Assembly (NCBI RefSeq): GCF_964194155.1
Contig: NC_135901.1
Span: 19,282,001-19,346,000, forward strand
Length of the DNA stretch: 64,000 nucleotides
Origin: Cetorhinus maximus
Taxonomy: Eukaryota
Direction of reading: 5' to 3'
The position numbers and the translations under genes are program-made. The notes beneath the pieces were generated by a model. That model did not search any database. It had not been told where the DNA came from and worked only from the letters and a program-made list of their open reading frames with translations. Shown piece by piece: positions 9,630 through 21,811 of this stretch. Every line of letters begins with the position of its first letter. Within the stretch, counting starts at the first letter, position 1.

Positions 9630-12600
9630 TGTAAGATTTTAGTCCAGGAGTCACAGATTACCCAAAAAGAACATCGAAGTCCTAGGTAATCTTAAAGCAT
9701 TTTACTAAGAAGCAATAGTTTAGATACGATACATCAGTTAAATAGGCAGAAAAAACATTCGGCCCATAACAGGTGAGAACGGTTTACTGGTCCTGGATTA
9801 GACAAATGGATGGGGAGAAGCAGTGGGATGCTAATCTCCGTGGCTGGAGGTGGCAATCTCCTCGGAATGGTTTACTGGTCCCAGATCAGGAGGATGCTGA
9901 TCTCCGTGGCTGGAGGTGGCAGTCTCCTCAGAATGGTTTACTGGTCCCGGATCAGGGGGATGCTGATCTCCGTGGCTGGATGTGGCAGTCTCTTCCTTTC
10001 TCGGTCTCCTTGAGTCAAAGTGTTTGTCTGAAGCCAGCACGGATCACTTTGAGAAGCTCTTTGTTGTCTGAAGCGATTTTACCTTTTGGAAGACTGTTTA
10101 TATACGTTATTCCTGGGGGTCTTTTGTCAATCACTTATTCAATTATCAAGGGACAGATATTCAAGTTAATCCCTCCTATTTCCATCGGAAATCCATGAAG
10201 TCATTTTGTAGCTCGTCACTCTCCAGGACATCCTGTTCAATCTTTACTCAGACAGTTAACATTTGGGTTATGAGATCTCCCCACCCTATCAAGTTTGTCT
10301 TGTTTTAGGGTCAGGGCCAGAGACACGTCCTTGGCAGAGATAACAGGCCTGCACTGTCCTGTGTTTGTCAACCCAGGAAGCTTTCTTCATAAGTGAGAGA
10401 GAGATTCCTATAGTCAATAAATTTCTTTAAAAACTACAAGCTTATTGGACAGTGATTTCTTACACATCTCCCAGCCTCAAGAAGTGAATATCCTTATTGT
10501 CTTCTCACATCTTATTTCTGGCTAACCCAGCTATTTCTAAGCTATGAGCTTGTTTTCCTAATTTGTTGATTGCAAAATCAGCAACACAAAATCTTTGAGC
10601 TGCCACCAAGAATAGATGTAAAAGCTTCCCAGTGAAATGTGACAACTATCGACTTTGATTCATCCTCCCCTCCTGCAGATCATCTCACACAATTCTAAAT
10701 TATTGGCATATTGTAAATACATATGGTTCAAACAAAAGTTCATGCATGGAGTTTAAAAATTCTCCAGCTCTCTGTTCATTGGCACCCACTTTGTGGATAT
10801 TTTCTAAATCCAGATTCTATATCCCTCTTCACTTTAATTTTACTCCCTCTGATAGATGTGTGTTTATTTCTTTCCAGATTGTTTTAAAGTCAGTTTCTCT
10901 GTGGAGTTCGTGTCAATACCTTGATGATTTAAAATGTTAACTCAGTCTTTGGCCACATTAATCACTTCATATTGTTCTGTTGTCGAGTAGCTGAGCATGT
11001 CTGGGACCCAGCCTTCAGTGCAGCTTCACCATGCATTTCTGCATTTTAGTTACTCCATACATAACAAATCACATCTGCACACTCAGACTGGTATCCCAAA
11101 ATCATGCTCCCTGTGCCATCTGATACAGGTCATTCTTGGGCTTTAAGGTAATCTTACCAAAGCCCGGGGTGGGGCTGGTGGGGGTGTCTATCTGAAGATA
11201 TTTGTTTATTTCGCCCTGCATGGTGCGATGTCTCAGATAGTGGCCAGTTTATCAAATTCAGTTTTCTGAAAAGGTTCAGAGGCAAGGATACAAACATCTC
11301 CAAGAGAAAGCTACTAATTTACAAGTCTCATCTACATTTTTCTGACTTTCACTGGAATGTACCTGGATACTAGATTGATCTATTGTATTGAACTATACCC
11401 AGGGTGAATTATTCCAATTCCCATTTGGTGGTGCGATTTTCTCTACCTTTTATTCTAAGTGGGACATCCCATTAATTACCATCCTAACTTATTCAGGAGC
11501 CCTGGAGTAACTTTACTGTCCAATTCAGTATTTGCATAATCTGGTGTTTTTGCATCAGAGACAGATGTGCTAATTTCGAGGTGACTTCGATATCTCCCCT
11601 TCTCTACCACTACATCTTGGTAGATAACAAACGGGATAAAGCCAAATCCTGAAAAGGCAAAGTCTTTAGTTCAATTTGTAACCACATTGTCAGTTGAAAG
11701 GGCCAATAGCTGAAGTCACTGGGTGTCTGGAGCTGCTAGTCCGGGTACCTGATTCACTGCAGCAACCAGCCAATCTGTTCCTAATTCACATGGCCTCTAT
11801 CATTGCCTCTAGCTGCTGCTCAGCAGGGTCAGGACTCAGTTGTACAGGAGCAGAGAGTAAGCAGGGCTCACCATTACTGTCAGCCTCCACACTGCACCTA
11901 TTGTGACAGTGACGGACATAGTGGCCCAGGCGGTTATGATTATAACAATGCACCGAGGCATCCCTTCCTGGCAACAAGTTCCTGGATAGTCCAGGTTTCT
12001 GGTTGGGCTATGGGCCTTTGATGGCCACTATCTTCACCTTCCTGGGTGCTCAGGTCCATGGATCTGATCCCAGATTATATGGGGATGGGGGAGCAACTCA
12101 TCCTAGGGCATTGTTTAAGTGTTACAAATGACCATTGCACTACGCACTAACAGCTGGAGCCCTTTCTGAAGAGTGCATGTTAAGCACTCAGGTTTACTTT
12201 TTACGACTCCCCCAAGAATTCTCTTACAAGACACATCAAACTTAAAGTTATTGACTTCTATCAGGACCACCCATAAACATGCCACAGTCCTCTGGAGAAT
12301 TCTCTTCAACTCCAGCTATTCTCAGAGGTAAAACTTTCATTTCCCATCTCTTGACTGTGGTTGCCTCAGTCCCTTGTCCTGATAAGCTAATCTGCTTATT
12401 GCTTTCTTTACCGCAAGTCTCTGTGAGGATCACTGCAGATTCTCCCACTAGCTTTAAACTATGAGACCTTCCGGCTTCTGTTCCCTCACAAAATTCAAAC
12501 TAAGATGAAGTCTTACCTGCATTCCACATGGTGAATTATTAAGTTCGGTTTTTTTTAAACTCTGTTTACAGCAAAGGTCTATTTAACTGTCATTTCCTTT

Positions 12601-13333
12601 GGCTATCTTCTCTCGGTGCGCTACAAACCACGTGAGGTCCAAACTGCAACTAACTTTGCAAACACCCAGATAAATTGAAACCAGAGAATCACCCAACTGC
12701 ATGGCAACATAGCCTTTTCTGGGATGTTCTGAAACTGACCTTTATGATAATTATCCCTCATATACAATTTCTTCTTTGATCTGATGAAGTAAATGAGTTT
12801 TCAGTTCCAGGCTTTACTGAAGGCTTTTAAACTAATCTAGCTCTAACCCCTAAAACAAAAACGTCTCACTTGACTGCCCTGGCTCTTGCAAGAATTGCTG
12901 ACATCATGTCTCCAGCTCTTTAGCTAAGTAAGCTCACCTGCTGCTTTAGATCTTACCTTTCTAGCTGTTAACCTCTTAAGTCAACATGGCCCCCCATTTT
13001 TTAAGTGTAATAGAGTCCAAGCTTGCTTGAATTCAATTTATCCCATTTTCTATAGTTAAGACTTTAATTCCAAAAACCAAAAGCTATGCTCTAAAACACA
13101 TGAACTGTGAACTAGATATCTGCTACAACAGACAGTTTATGTCTAGTTCATGAGATCCAATTGTATCAGGGCTAGAAATATCTTTTTAAGGGCCTGTGCT
13201 AGAGACATGTCCTTGGCAGAGATAACAGACCTGTCCTTTGTTTGTTACCCAGCACGCTGCTGTGGAAACTTTCTTCATAAGAGAGAGTTAGCAATTTCTA
13301 CAATATTCCATAAATTTCTTAAGATTTTATACA
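9630..13333 (-). mobile_element. Degraded LTR retroelement (ERV- or Gypsy-like): LTR 9630-10438, partial second LTR about 13130-13333, gag remnant
   Basis: TGTA...TACA termini on the left LTR; about 200-bp diverged direct repeat (10250-10438 vs 13130-13333); zinc-knuckle relic CYNHNRLGHYVRHC at about 11905-11947. Confidence 0.6.
9827..9992. repeat. 66-bp tandem repeat (about 2.5 copies) inside the putative LTR
   Basis: GATGCT(G/A)ATCTCCGTGGCTGGA at 9827, 9893 and 9959. Confidence 0.92.
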
Positions 13334-13888
13334 TTCATTAGATGGCAATTTATTACAGTCTGGTACTTGGATTGGGCTTGTCTCCATTCCTGTGCTGAGG
13401 GGATTTCTGTGCCAGACAGGACAGGTAACATTTAGGGTCTCTCGATTCTCCACCAGTTCCCATTCCCCTTCTTTCTGGTGGATAATGGAGGTGTCACTGT
13501 GAATAATGTGCAAGTCAGTAAGAATTGTCAGCAAGGATTAATCAGCACTTTCTGAATGGAGATGTTAATCAGTGGAACCTTCCAGACACTGATTTGTACA
13601 GTTTGTACCAAAGATCAATTTAGGGTTGAAGTAAAAGTTCATGATCTTTTTGTGAACTAATTTCTGATGAGAATCCCTAAATTATGGAGAAAGATCACAG
13701 ACAGTGGTTCTTAAAGGGACACTGCAGCCCCGATAACACAATTAGTTATAGATCCAGAATATTAAACTGTAGTCCAGTTACAGGGATTATTAACATCAGC
13801 AGAAACAAACCCCAACTGTCAGAATGAACATGGTTCAGTCCTGGTTGTGATTAACAGCAGCAATAACAGTAGAATCCAACCCCTGCAG

Positions 13889-14563
13889 TCACTTGTGAAC
13901 TCGCTGGTGTTTCAGCAATTGGGATGAATCAATGAATCCCTTCCCACACTCGGAGCAGGTAAACGGTCTCTCCCCTGTGTGAACTCGTTCGTGTCTCAGC
14001 AGTTGGCATGAATCAGTGAATCCCTTCCCACACATGGAGCAGGTGAACGGCCTCTCCCCAGTGTGAACTCGCTGGTGTACAATGAGACTGCCTGAATGCC
14101 TGAAGCTCTTTCCACAGTCAGTGCAGCTGAATGGTTTCTCCCCAGTGTGAACTCGCTGATGTTTCAGCAGGGTGGATGAAAGCCTAAAGTTCATTCCACA
14201 GGAAGTGCAGCTGAACGGTTTCACCTCAGTGTGAACTCGCTGGTGTGACACTAGGTTCGATGAATTGATGAATCCCTTCCCACACACGGAGCAGGTGAAT
14301 GGCCTCTCCCCGGTGTGAACTCGCCGGTGTAATGCTAGGTTGTATGACTGAATGAATCCTTTCCCACACACTGAACAGGTGAATGGCCTCTCCCCAGTGT
14401 GAACTCGCTGGTGTAACGCTAGGTTAGATGACTGAGTAAATTCCTTCCCACACACGGAGCAGGTGAACGGTCTCTCCCCAGTGTGGATGCGTCGATGAGT
14501 TTCCAGCTTGGAAGGGCAAGTGAATGCCTTTCCACAGTCCCCACATTTCCACGGTTTCTCCGT
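13889..14563 (-). CDS. C2H2 zinc-finger protein B3, 8 intact fingers; the family start codon position is ACG
   Basis: Open frame from the TGA at 14600-14602 to the TGA at 13889. CACCACGG at the site where B2 has CACCATGG. Acceptor with exon start at 14922. Confidence 0.8.
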   Translation of the reverse strand, partial: TEKPWKCGDCGKAFTCPSKLETHRRIHTGERPFTCSVCGKEFTQSSNLALHQRVHTGERPFTCSVCGKGFIQSYNLALHRRVHTGERPFTCSVCGKGFINSSNLVSHQRVHTEVKPFSCTSCGMNFRLSSTLLKHQRVHTGEKPFSCTDCGKSFRHSGSLIVHQRVHTGERPFTCSMCGKGFTDSCQLLRHERVHTGERPFTCSECGKGFIDSSQLLKHQRVHK

Positions 14564-15399
14564 GGTGTCGGTGTCCTTGTGTCTCTCCAGGTTGGACAAT
14601 CAATTGAAGCCCCGTCCACACACAGGACACGTGTACAATTTCTCCCCGCTGTGAATGGTGTGTTGTCTTTCACGCTGTGTAACTGGTTAAGGTTCTTTCT
14701 ACAGTCAGTGCACTGGAACACTCTCACTCGGGTGTGTGTGTCTCGGTGCTTTACCAGTCACACTAATTTTTGAAATCTTTTCCCACAGACAGATCAAACA
14801 TTTCTCCTTCCACAGTCAAAGGCCAATGATATTCAGTTCCTGATGAATCAAATGACTCTGTCAGATCTTGATGTGATGTTTGGTTTGAGTTTTCCATCCA
14901 CAAATCCTCTCCTTTTAATATCCTGTAAAAGGGGTTTACAAAAGTCATCACTGTAAGTCCAAGACAAAAACGCAGAACAGACAATTCTAATTTCTATAGA
15001 ACATTTTTCCTCTCATGTTCTCCCAAAGCCACAGATCTCCATCCCACACAGTCTCCCTCCTCCCTGTGCTGAAATCCGAATAAATGTTAGATAATCCTTT
15101 CCATATCCTTTCAACAAATTTGTACAACTAGAGATAACAATATGTTTAATAACTCACTTCATTCATGACTTAGAACAAAACATTAATCTGAAAAACCCTG
15201 ACCAACCACACAGAATAGCAGACATTAACCTTGTGTCCAGAACTTACTGTGTGGAGATTTAATGAGCAATTGTGAGGTCTCTCCAAACCTCCCAGGGTTT
15301 CCTTCCTTCTTTCTCTCCCACACTAACTAAGTTAAAACTGGTATCAGTCTCAGGGCCCATTCTGGTTCCTGGTTCTCTCCCTGCTGACTACTTAACTCC

Positions 15400-16230
15400 A
15401 GTTAAATATTGAGAAGATTGAAGCCACTGTTTTTGGTCCCTGCTCCAACTTCCTTTTCCCACTGACCAACTCCATCCCTCTCCCTGGCAATACTCTGAGA
15501 TTAAGCCAGTCTGTTCACAACTTTGGTGAAACATTTGATCCTGAGATGAATTTCTGATCTCATATCTATGCCATCACTAAGACTGCCCGTTTCCAAGTGT
15601 GTAACCGCCCGACCTGTCTCAGCATATCTGCTGCTGAAACACTCATCTGCACTTTCGTTACCTCCGGACTCAACTGTTCCAATTCACTCCTGGCTGGTCT
15701 CCCACATTGTACCCTCTGTAAACTTGAGGCCATCCAAATGTCTGCTGCCGGAGTCTGAACTTGCAGCAAGTCCCATCACCCATGTGCTCCCTGACTTGCA
15801 ATGGCTCCCAGTCGAGCAATGTCTTGATTTTAAAATTTTCATCCTTGTTTTCAAATCCCTCCATGGCCTCATCCATCCCTATCTTTGTAATCTCCTCCAG
15901 TGCCACAACCCACCGAGATATCTGTGTTGCTCTAATTCTGACCTCTTGTACATTCCTTGTTATAATCGCTCCAACTAAGGTCGCCGTGTCTTAAGTTTCC
16001 TCAGCCCCAAGCTCTGCAATTCCCTCCCTACATCTCTCCGTCTCTACCTCACTTTCCTCCTTTCAGACACTTTTTAAAACCTACCTTTGACCAAGCTTTT
16101 GGTCACCTGCCCTCATATCTCCTCATGTGTCTCGGTGTCACACTTTGTTTTATAATTTTCCTGTGAAATGCACTGGGATGGTTTCTGATGCTAAAGGCTC
16201 TATATAAATAGAAGTTGTTGTTGTTGTTGA
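15400..16230 (+). mobile_element. L2 LINE 3' end with (TTG)n tail
   Basis: PITHVLPDLQWLPVEQCLDFKI motif; ends TATATAAATAGAAGTTGTTGTTGTTG. Confidence 0.8.
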
Positions 16231-16299
16231 CTGTAACCCTGACCCCCTGATTTACAACAACCCATTGACTTCACAACAAACTCTCTCTCTGATTTTTTG

Positions 16300-16800
16300 C
16301 CTCCTGCGGGTTTGCGGCCTCTATAAACATGGTGACCATTAACTCAGGCCTGTCGCCGGGAGAAGCCGCAGTTGTTTCCCACCCCGCTCGATACAAACGC
16401 GGGACCAGAAGCTTCTTATTCAGGTTTGGGGCCGACAGGCCTCACTCCAGCTACAGCATCAGCACTGCGCATGCTTCAACTCACAAAGCCCGGTGATTGA
16501 TGGTAGGTATGGACCAATAGGAAGAGGGGGCGGGACTGGAGTCCGAGAGGCCTCCAACCAATCAGAGTGAATGAGGGGCGGGGCATATCCAGGATCTCCC
16601 TCATTTTGAAAGCTGATTTGTCATAAATTCCAGCCGGAAACTGGACTTTTTCTTCGCGGTGACAGGCCCGGGGGCAGCGGGCTCACTGGCCGCCATCTTG
16701 CGAGTGGGAATCAGGGCGATCCAAGGAGGCGGTGCCTCCTTCCCGGTGACAGGCCCGGGTTACCCGGGCAACCGGTCGCCGCCATCTTGTGCAGAGGGTT
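16300..16800. promoter_or_regulatory. CpG-island promoter between divergent ZNF B3 (-) and B4 (+)
   Basis: TGCGCATGC, two CCAAT plus GGGGCGGG pairs, two YY1 motifs CGCCATCTTG (16691, 16780), X-box-like GTTACCCGGGCAAC (16759). Confidence 0.8.
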
Positions 16801-16934
16801 TGCCATCCGGGTCTTTGGTGAAGGAATGGACAATGAGCTGGAGTCAGTTTGAAAACTGTTCAGAGGAAGGTCTGAAATCAGAATTACATCCAGATAACTG
16901 TAAGGACAATAAAGTTTACATCAATTATGTGTTT

Positions 16935-17100
16935 AAAATGAAATCAGAATGCTGGAAATACTCAGTTCTGAAGAAGAATCATATTGGATTGGAAATGTTA
17001 AATCTGTTTCTCTCTCTTCACAGAAGCTGCCAAACCTGCTGAGGATTTCCAGAACTTTCTGTTTTTATCTCAGATTTCCAGCATTCATCGTATTTTACTA
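16935..17100 (+). mobile_element. Short non-coding PLE-terminus derivative with hammerhead-like core
   Basis: A short inverted copy of the PLE tail is followed by CAGTT-CTGAAGA...GAAATGTT and the PLE 3' tail (CCTGCTGAG...GATTTCCAGCAT). Confidence 0.6.
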
Positions 17101-17294
17101 AAATTATGTTTTTCTAAAAATTTGTTGCATGACTAGTTAAGAGTAAAATAATTTCTACCATTTAAATGTACAAATAATTTATTTCTTATATTTATTTGTG
17201 TAATTGAGACTCGGCTGTTCAGGAACAAAGTCAGAAATCACCACAGAAAATATAGTGGAAATCTGGAATTCTGTTGAGATTTCGTCAATTTTTA

Positions 17295-18312
17295 AAAAAT
17301 TGATTAATGGGATGTGGGTGTCGCTCGCACTTATTGCCCATCCTTAGTTGCCCTTGAGAAGGTGGTGCTGAGCTGCCTTCTTGGAACCGCTGCAGTCCAT
17401 GTGGAGTAGGTACACCCACAGTGCTGTTAGGGAGAGAGTTCCAGGATTTTGACCCAGTGACAGTGAAGGAACGGTAAGATATTTCCAAGTCAGGATGGTG
17501 AGTGGCTTGGAGGGGAATTTCCAGGTGGTGGTGTTCCCATCTATCTGCTGTCCTTGTCCTGCTTGATCATAGCGGCCATGAGTTTGGAAGGTGCTGCTGA
17601 AGGAGCCTTGATGAGTTCCTGCAGTGCATCTTGTGGTTGGTACACATTGCTGCCATAGTTCATTGGTGGTGGAGGGAGTGAATAAAGCCAGCTGCTTTGT
17701 CCTGGATGGTGTCAAGCTTCTTGAGTGTTGTGGGAGCTGCACTCATCCAGGCAAGTGGGGAGTATTCCATCACACTCCTGACTTGTGCCTAGTAGATGAT
17801 GGACAGGCTTTGGAGAGTGGGGAAGTAACTTACTCACCTTAGGGTTCCTAGCCTCTGACCTACTCTTGTAGCCATAGTATTTATATGGATAGTCGAATTC
17901 AGTTTCTGTCAATGGTAACCCCCAGAATATTAATAGTGGGGAATTCAGTGATTGTAATGCCATTGAATGTCAAGGCTTGATGGTTCGATTCTCTCCTGTT
18001 AGAGATGGTCATTGCCTGGCACTTTTGTGATGCAAATGTTATGTACCACATGTCAGCCCAAACCTGGATATTGTCCAGATCTTGCTGCATTTGGACATGG
18101 ACTACTTCAGTATCTGAGGAGTTACGAATGGTGCTGAACATTGTGCAATCATCAACAAACATCCCCACCTCTGACCTCATGATGGAAAGACGGTCATTGA
18201 TGAAGCAACTGAAGATGGTTGGGCCTAGGCCACTATCCTGAAGAACTCCTGCAGTGATGTCCTGGAACTGAGATGATGGATCTCCAACAACCTCAGCCAT
18301 CTTCCTTTGTGC
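17295..18312 (-). mobile_element. CR1-group LINE 3' end (same family as 26232-28450)
   Basis: ITAGVLQDSGLGPTIF and MFVDD; 3' UTR matches 28150-28450 in reverse. Confidence 0.85.
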
Positions 18313-18397
18313 TAGTTATTGAAAATTGAAAAACTGAGATTGCTGAATGTTTATGAGGCAAGGATATTAACGGTTATGGAATCAATGCAGTTTAGAT

Positions 18398-19560
18398 TTA
18401 ACATACAGATAAAGCATCTGTATCCTGGAGCTCAATGTCTGAGGTTGGACTGATTCTGTTTTTGTTTAAGGCGGTGTAGGCTTCCTGTCTGTTCTTTGGA
18501 TTATCTCCATGCTTGAGGGTAACTTGCTGAAGGTGAGATACAGGGAAGAAAATGGCGAAGAGGGTTGGTGATATGACACAGCCTTGTCTGATCCCAGTCT
18601 TCACTGAGATAGGGTCTGTGGTGGCTCCGCTGATGAGGATCACGGCTTTCATGTCATCGTGGAGTAGGTGGAGGATGGTGACAAATTTCTGAGGGTAGCT
18701 GAATTTGAGGAGAATACTGCATAAAACTTCATGTTTGACAGCATAAAAGGCTTTTGTGAGGTTGAAAAAGGGCCAGTACAGCGGTTGGTGCTGTTCCTTG
18801 GATTTTTCTTGGGTTTGCCGACCAGTAAAGATTATGCCTGCGGTGCCTCTCAATAGGGGAGAACTACACTGTGAATCCGGAAGGAGATTTTTAGCCACTA
18901 AGTGGAGGTGATTGAGGAGGATCCTTGTAATGATTTTCCTTGTGGCAGGCAGCAGGGAGACTCCCCTGCAATTACCGCAATCAGACTTGTCCCTCTCCTT
19001 GAATACAGTCACAGAGATCCCCCGGCGTGCATCCCTCTTCCCAGTGAGGAATACCAGATTGTCCAGCCAGGAGCGTAACTTCGCCATGTTTCAGAATTTT
19101 AGCCGGGATTCCATCTGCTCCAGATCTTGTTGTTTTTCAGCTGTCAAATTGCTTTTTCACTTTCACTCTGGACCGTGGTAGCACCGAGACTAAGCCAGAT
19201 GGGGTATTGAGGAATGGAGCTGAAGCCATTGAAGTCAAAGACAGAGTCTTGGTTGAGGAGTTCTCCATAATGTTCTCTCCAGTGAGTACTGACCGCCTCC
19301 CTCTCCTTGAACAGGTTCCCTCCGTGCTTAGCTCTTGGTGGGGTTGGTCCTTGAGTGTTTGGGTCGTAGATGGTCTTGGCAGCACTGATGAAACCACGCA
19401 TGTCGTTGGTGTCCGTGAGTTGTTGGCTTCTCCTGTGCACTTTCTACCCATCGTTTGTTATCTGTTTTGTGGGTTTTAAAACCTTCCCCCGTCGACCGTG
19501 AGATCCAGGAAAATGTGGATTGTTTTCCATATGTTGGTTGCTTCTTTTTGACGGAGGCAG
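18398..19560 (-). mobile_element. RTE-clade LINE RT fragment (inverted 5' part)
   Basis: DKSDCGNCRGVSLL, FNLTKAF and TGIRQGCVISPTLF; ends at degenerate LQYADD (ELQDTD). Confidence 0.85.
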
Positions 19561-19594
19561 ACATAGACGATTAAATACATCGTCTCCTCTAATA

Positions 19595-20290
19595 TTCCAG
19601 CTCAGCCTTTGGCTGAATGAGGAGATGAGTATTTGAGGATACTCAAATTCGAGACAGAGATCATGGTTTACTGGGCAGCGGTGATCCCCACACTCCCAAA
19701 GGTTTCAGAGACTTGGACAGCCTAGAGCAGGCACCTCAGAGCACTGGAGAAGTCCCACCAGCATATTTGGAGGATCACAAGATCCCTCAAATCTGGTGGG
19801 AAGAAAGGTGGTCAGCCAGCAGTGTCCTCTCCCAAGCCAACGTGCTCAGCATTGAGGTGCTAACCACTCAAAACCAGCTCCACTGTGCAGGACATGTCGT
19901 TTGTGTGCCTGACATCAGACTCCCGAATCAACTGCTTTTCTCAGAACTGAGTCACATCAGGAGACTCCCAAGAGAATAAAGAAAACACTTAGGATTGTCC
20001 TTAAAACATCACTGGAGAGACCAAACATCCCTGCAGTCTCATCGGATTTTGACAAATAGAAGGTTTATTTGTGAAGGCACCGATCACATTGAAAGACTTC
20101 ATCGAGAGTATGCAGGGGCAAGGTTAAGGCATCAGACAGCACACAACCCACCAACACCTTCTCTATCCAACCCTTCAATCACTACCTGCCCATATGTGAC
20201 AGTCTGCTGAGTGCACCTTGGACATATCTCTAAACCCATTGAACGAGAATGAAAGCAAATCATACTCAATCCTGAGGCACTGCTTAAAAA
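19595..20290 (+). mobile_element. RTE-clade LINE C-terminal fragment
   Basis: QNQLHCAGHVVCVPDIRLPNQLLFSEL matches the RTE QLRWAGHVxRM-RLPKQLLYGEL motif. Confidence 0.8.
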
Positions 20291-21052
20291 AGGGAGTCAG
20301 GATGAATCAGAGGGGCGGGGCTTCCTCGGTGACAGGCCCAGATCACCCAGGCAACCGGCCAGCATCTTGGGAGAGGCATTTTCAGCCGGCAGGGTGCATG
20401 CATGACCATCTTGATGAAGACACAGAGAGTGGGCAGAGCTCCAGGGTTCCAGTGACCAGGAGAGAAATGATTGACTGAATCATTTTACTCTGCACACAGG
20501 GGTTGGAGTACTGAACCCAGTCAGAGTAGATAGAGGGAGAAAACTGTGAGTGGAAGAAAGAAATGGATGGGATTTCAGCCCAGGGATGGGGGAGGATTAT
20601 GTGGGATGGGGATTTACAGCTTTGGGGAAAATTGTTCCATAGAAACTAGAATTGTCTGTTCTGAATTTCTGTCTTCTTCTTACAGTGATGATGGTTTTTG
20701 TAAACTCCATTTTCAAGCATTAGAACTGGAGTATTTACAGACAGGAAACTCCAACCCTTCAAGATTTAACAGAGTCACTCAATTCATCAGGACCTGAATT
20801 CCATCAGACTTTGAATGTGGAAGGAGAAAAGGTTGTCTACTCTGTCTGCAGGATGATTTCAAACATTAGTGTGACTGGAAAAGCGCTGTTGTGAGTGTTC
20901 CAGGGAACTGACTGTGGAAAGAGCTTTAATCAGTTACACAGCCTGAAAAAACATCGCATCGTTCACAGCAGGGAGAAACCGTACACGTGTTCTGTGTGTG
21001 GACAAGGCTTTACTGATCATCCAACCTGGAGAGACACAAGGACACCCACACC

Positions 21053-21811
21053 ACGGAGAAACCGTGGAAATGTGGGGACTGTGGGAAGGGCTTCAGATCC
21101 CCGTCTGTGCTGGAAATTCATCGACGCAGTCACACCGGGGAGAGGCCGTTCACCTGCTCCGTATGTGGGAAGACATTCACTCAGTTATCCAGCTTACATA
21201 CCCACCAACGAATTCACACTGGGGAGAGACCATTTAAATGCCCAGATTGCGGGATGTGCTTTAAAAATTCCGGGGAACTGAGGTCCCATCGACGTGTTCA
21301 CACTGACGAGAGACCGTTCATATGCTCTCACTGCGGAACTGGGTTCAAGCGATCATCTCAACTCACTGCGCACCAGCAAGTTCACACTGGGGAGAGACCG
21401 TTCATTTGCTCTGAATGTGGGAAGGGATTCACTCAGTCAGCCCACCTGCTGACACACCAGCACACTCACACTGGGGAGAGGCCATTCATCTGCTCTGAGT
21501 GTGGGAAGGGATTCGCTCGGTCATTCACACTGCTGATACATCAGCGCACTCACACTGGGGAGAAGCCGTATACCTGCTCCAAGTGTGGGAAGGGATTCCG
21601 TGTGTCAACCACCCTGCTGACCCACCAGAGAGTTCACACTGGGGAGAGGCCGTTCACCTGCCCCGAGTGTGGGAAGAGATTCGTTTGGTCATCTCATTTG
21701 CACAGACACCGACGCACTCATAGTGAGGAGAGGCCGTTTACCTGCTCTGTGTGTGGGAAGGGATTCACTCAGTCATCCCACCTGCAGAGACACCAGCGAG
21801 TTCATGAGTGA
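21053..21811 (+). CDS. C2H2 zinc-finger protein B4, 9 intact fingers; the family start codon position is ACG
   Basis: Open frame 21017-21811; CACCACGG with ACG at 21053; B-type leader from about 20718. Confidence 0.8.
   Translation, partial: TEKPWKCGDCGKGFRSPSVLEIHRRSHTGERPFTCSVCGKTFTQLSSLHTHQRIHTGERPFKCPDCGMCFKNSGELRSHRRVHTDERPFICSHCGTGFKRSSQLTAHQQVHTGERPFICSECGKGFTQSAHLLTHQHTHTGERPFICSECGKGFARSFTLLIHQRTHTGEKPYTCSKCGKGFRVSTTLLTHQRVHTGERPFTCPECGKRFVWSSHLHRHRRTHSEERPFTCSVCGKGFTQSSHLQRHQRVHE

Noticed and set aside
14763-14984. Leader peptide as a KRAB, SCAN or BTB domain
   Set aside because: No VTFxDVAVxF/EEW or other hallmark motif, and the frame is broken in most copies.
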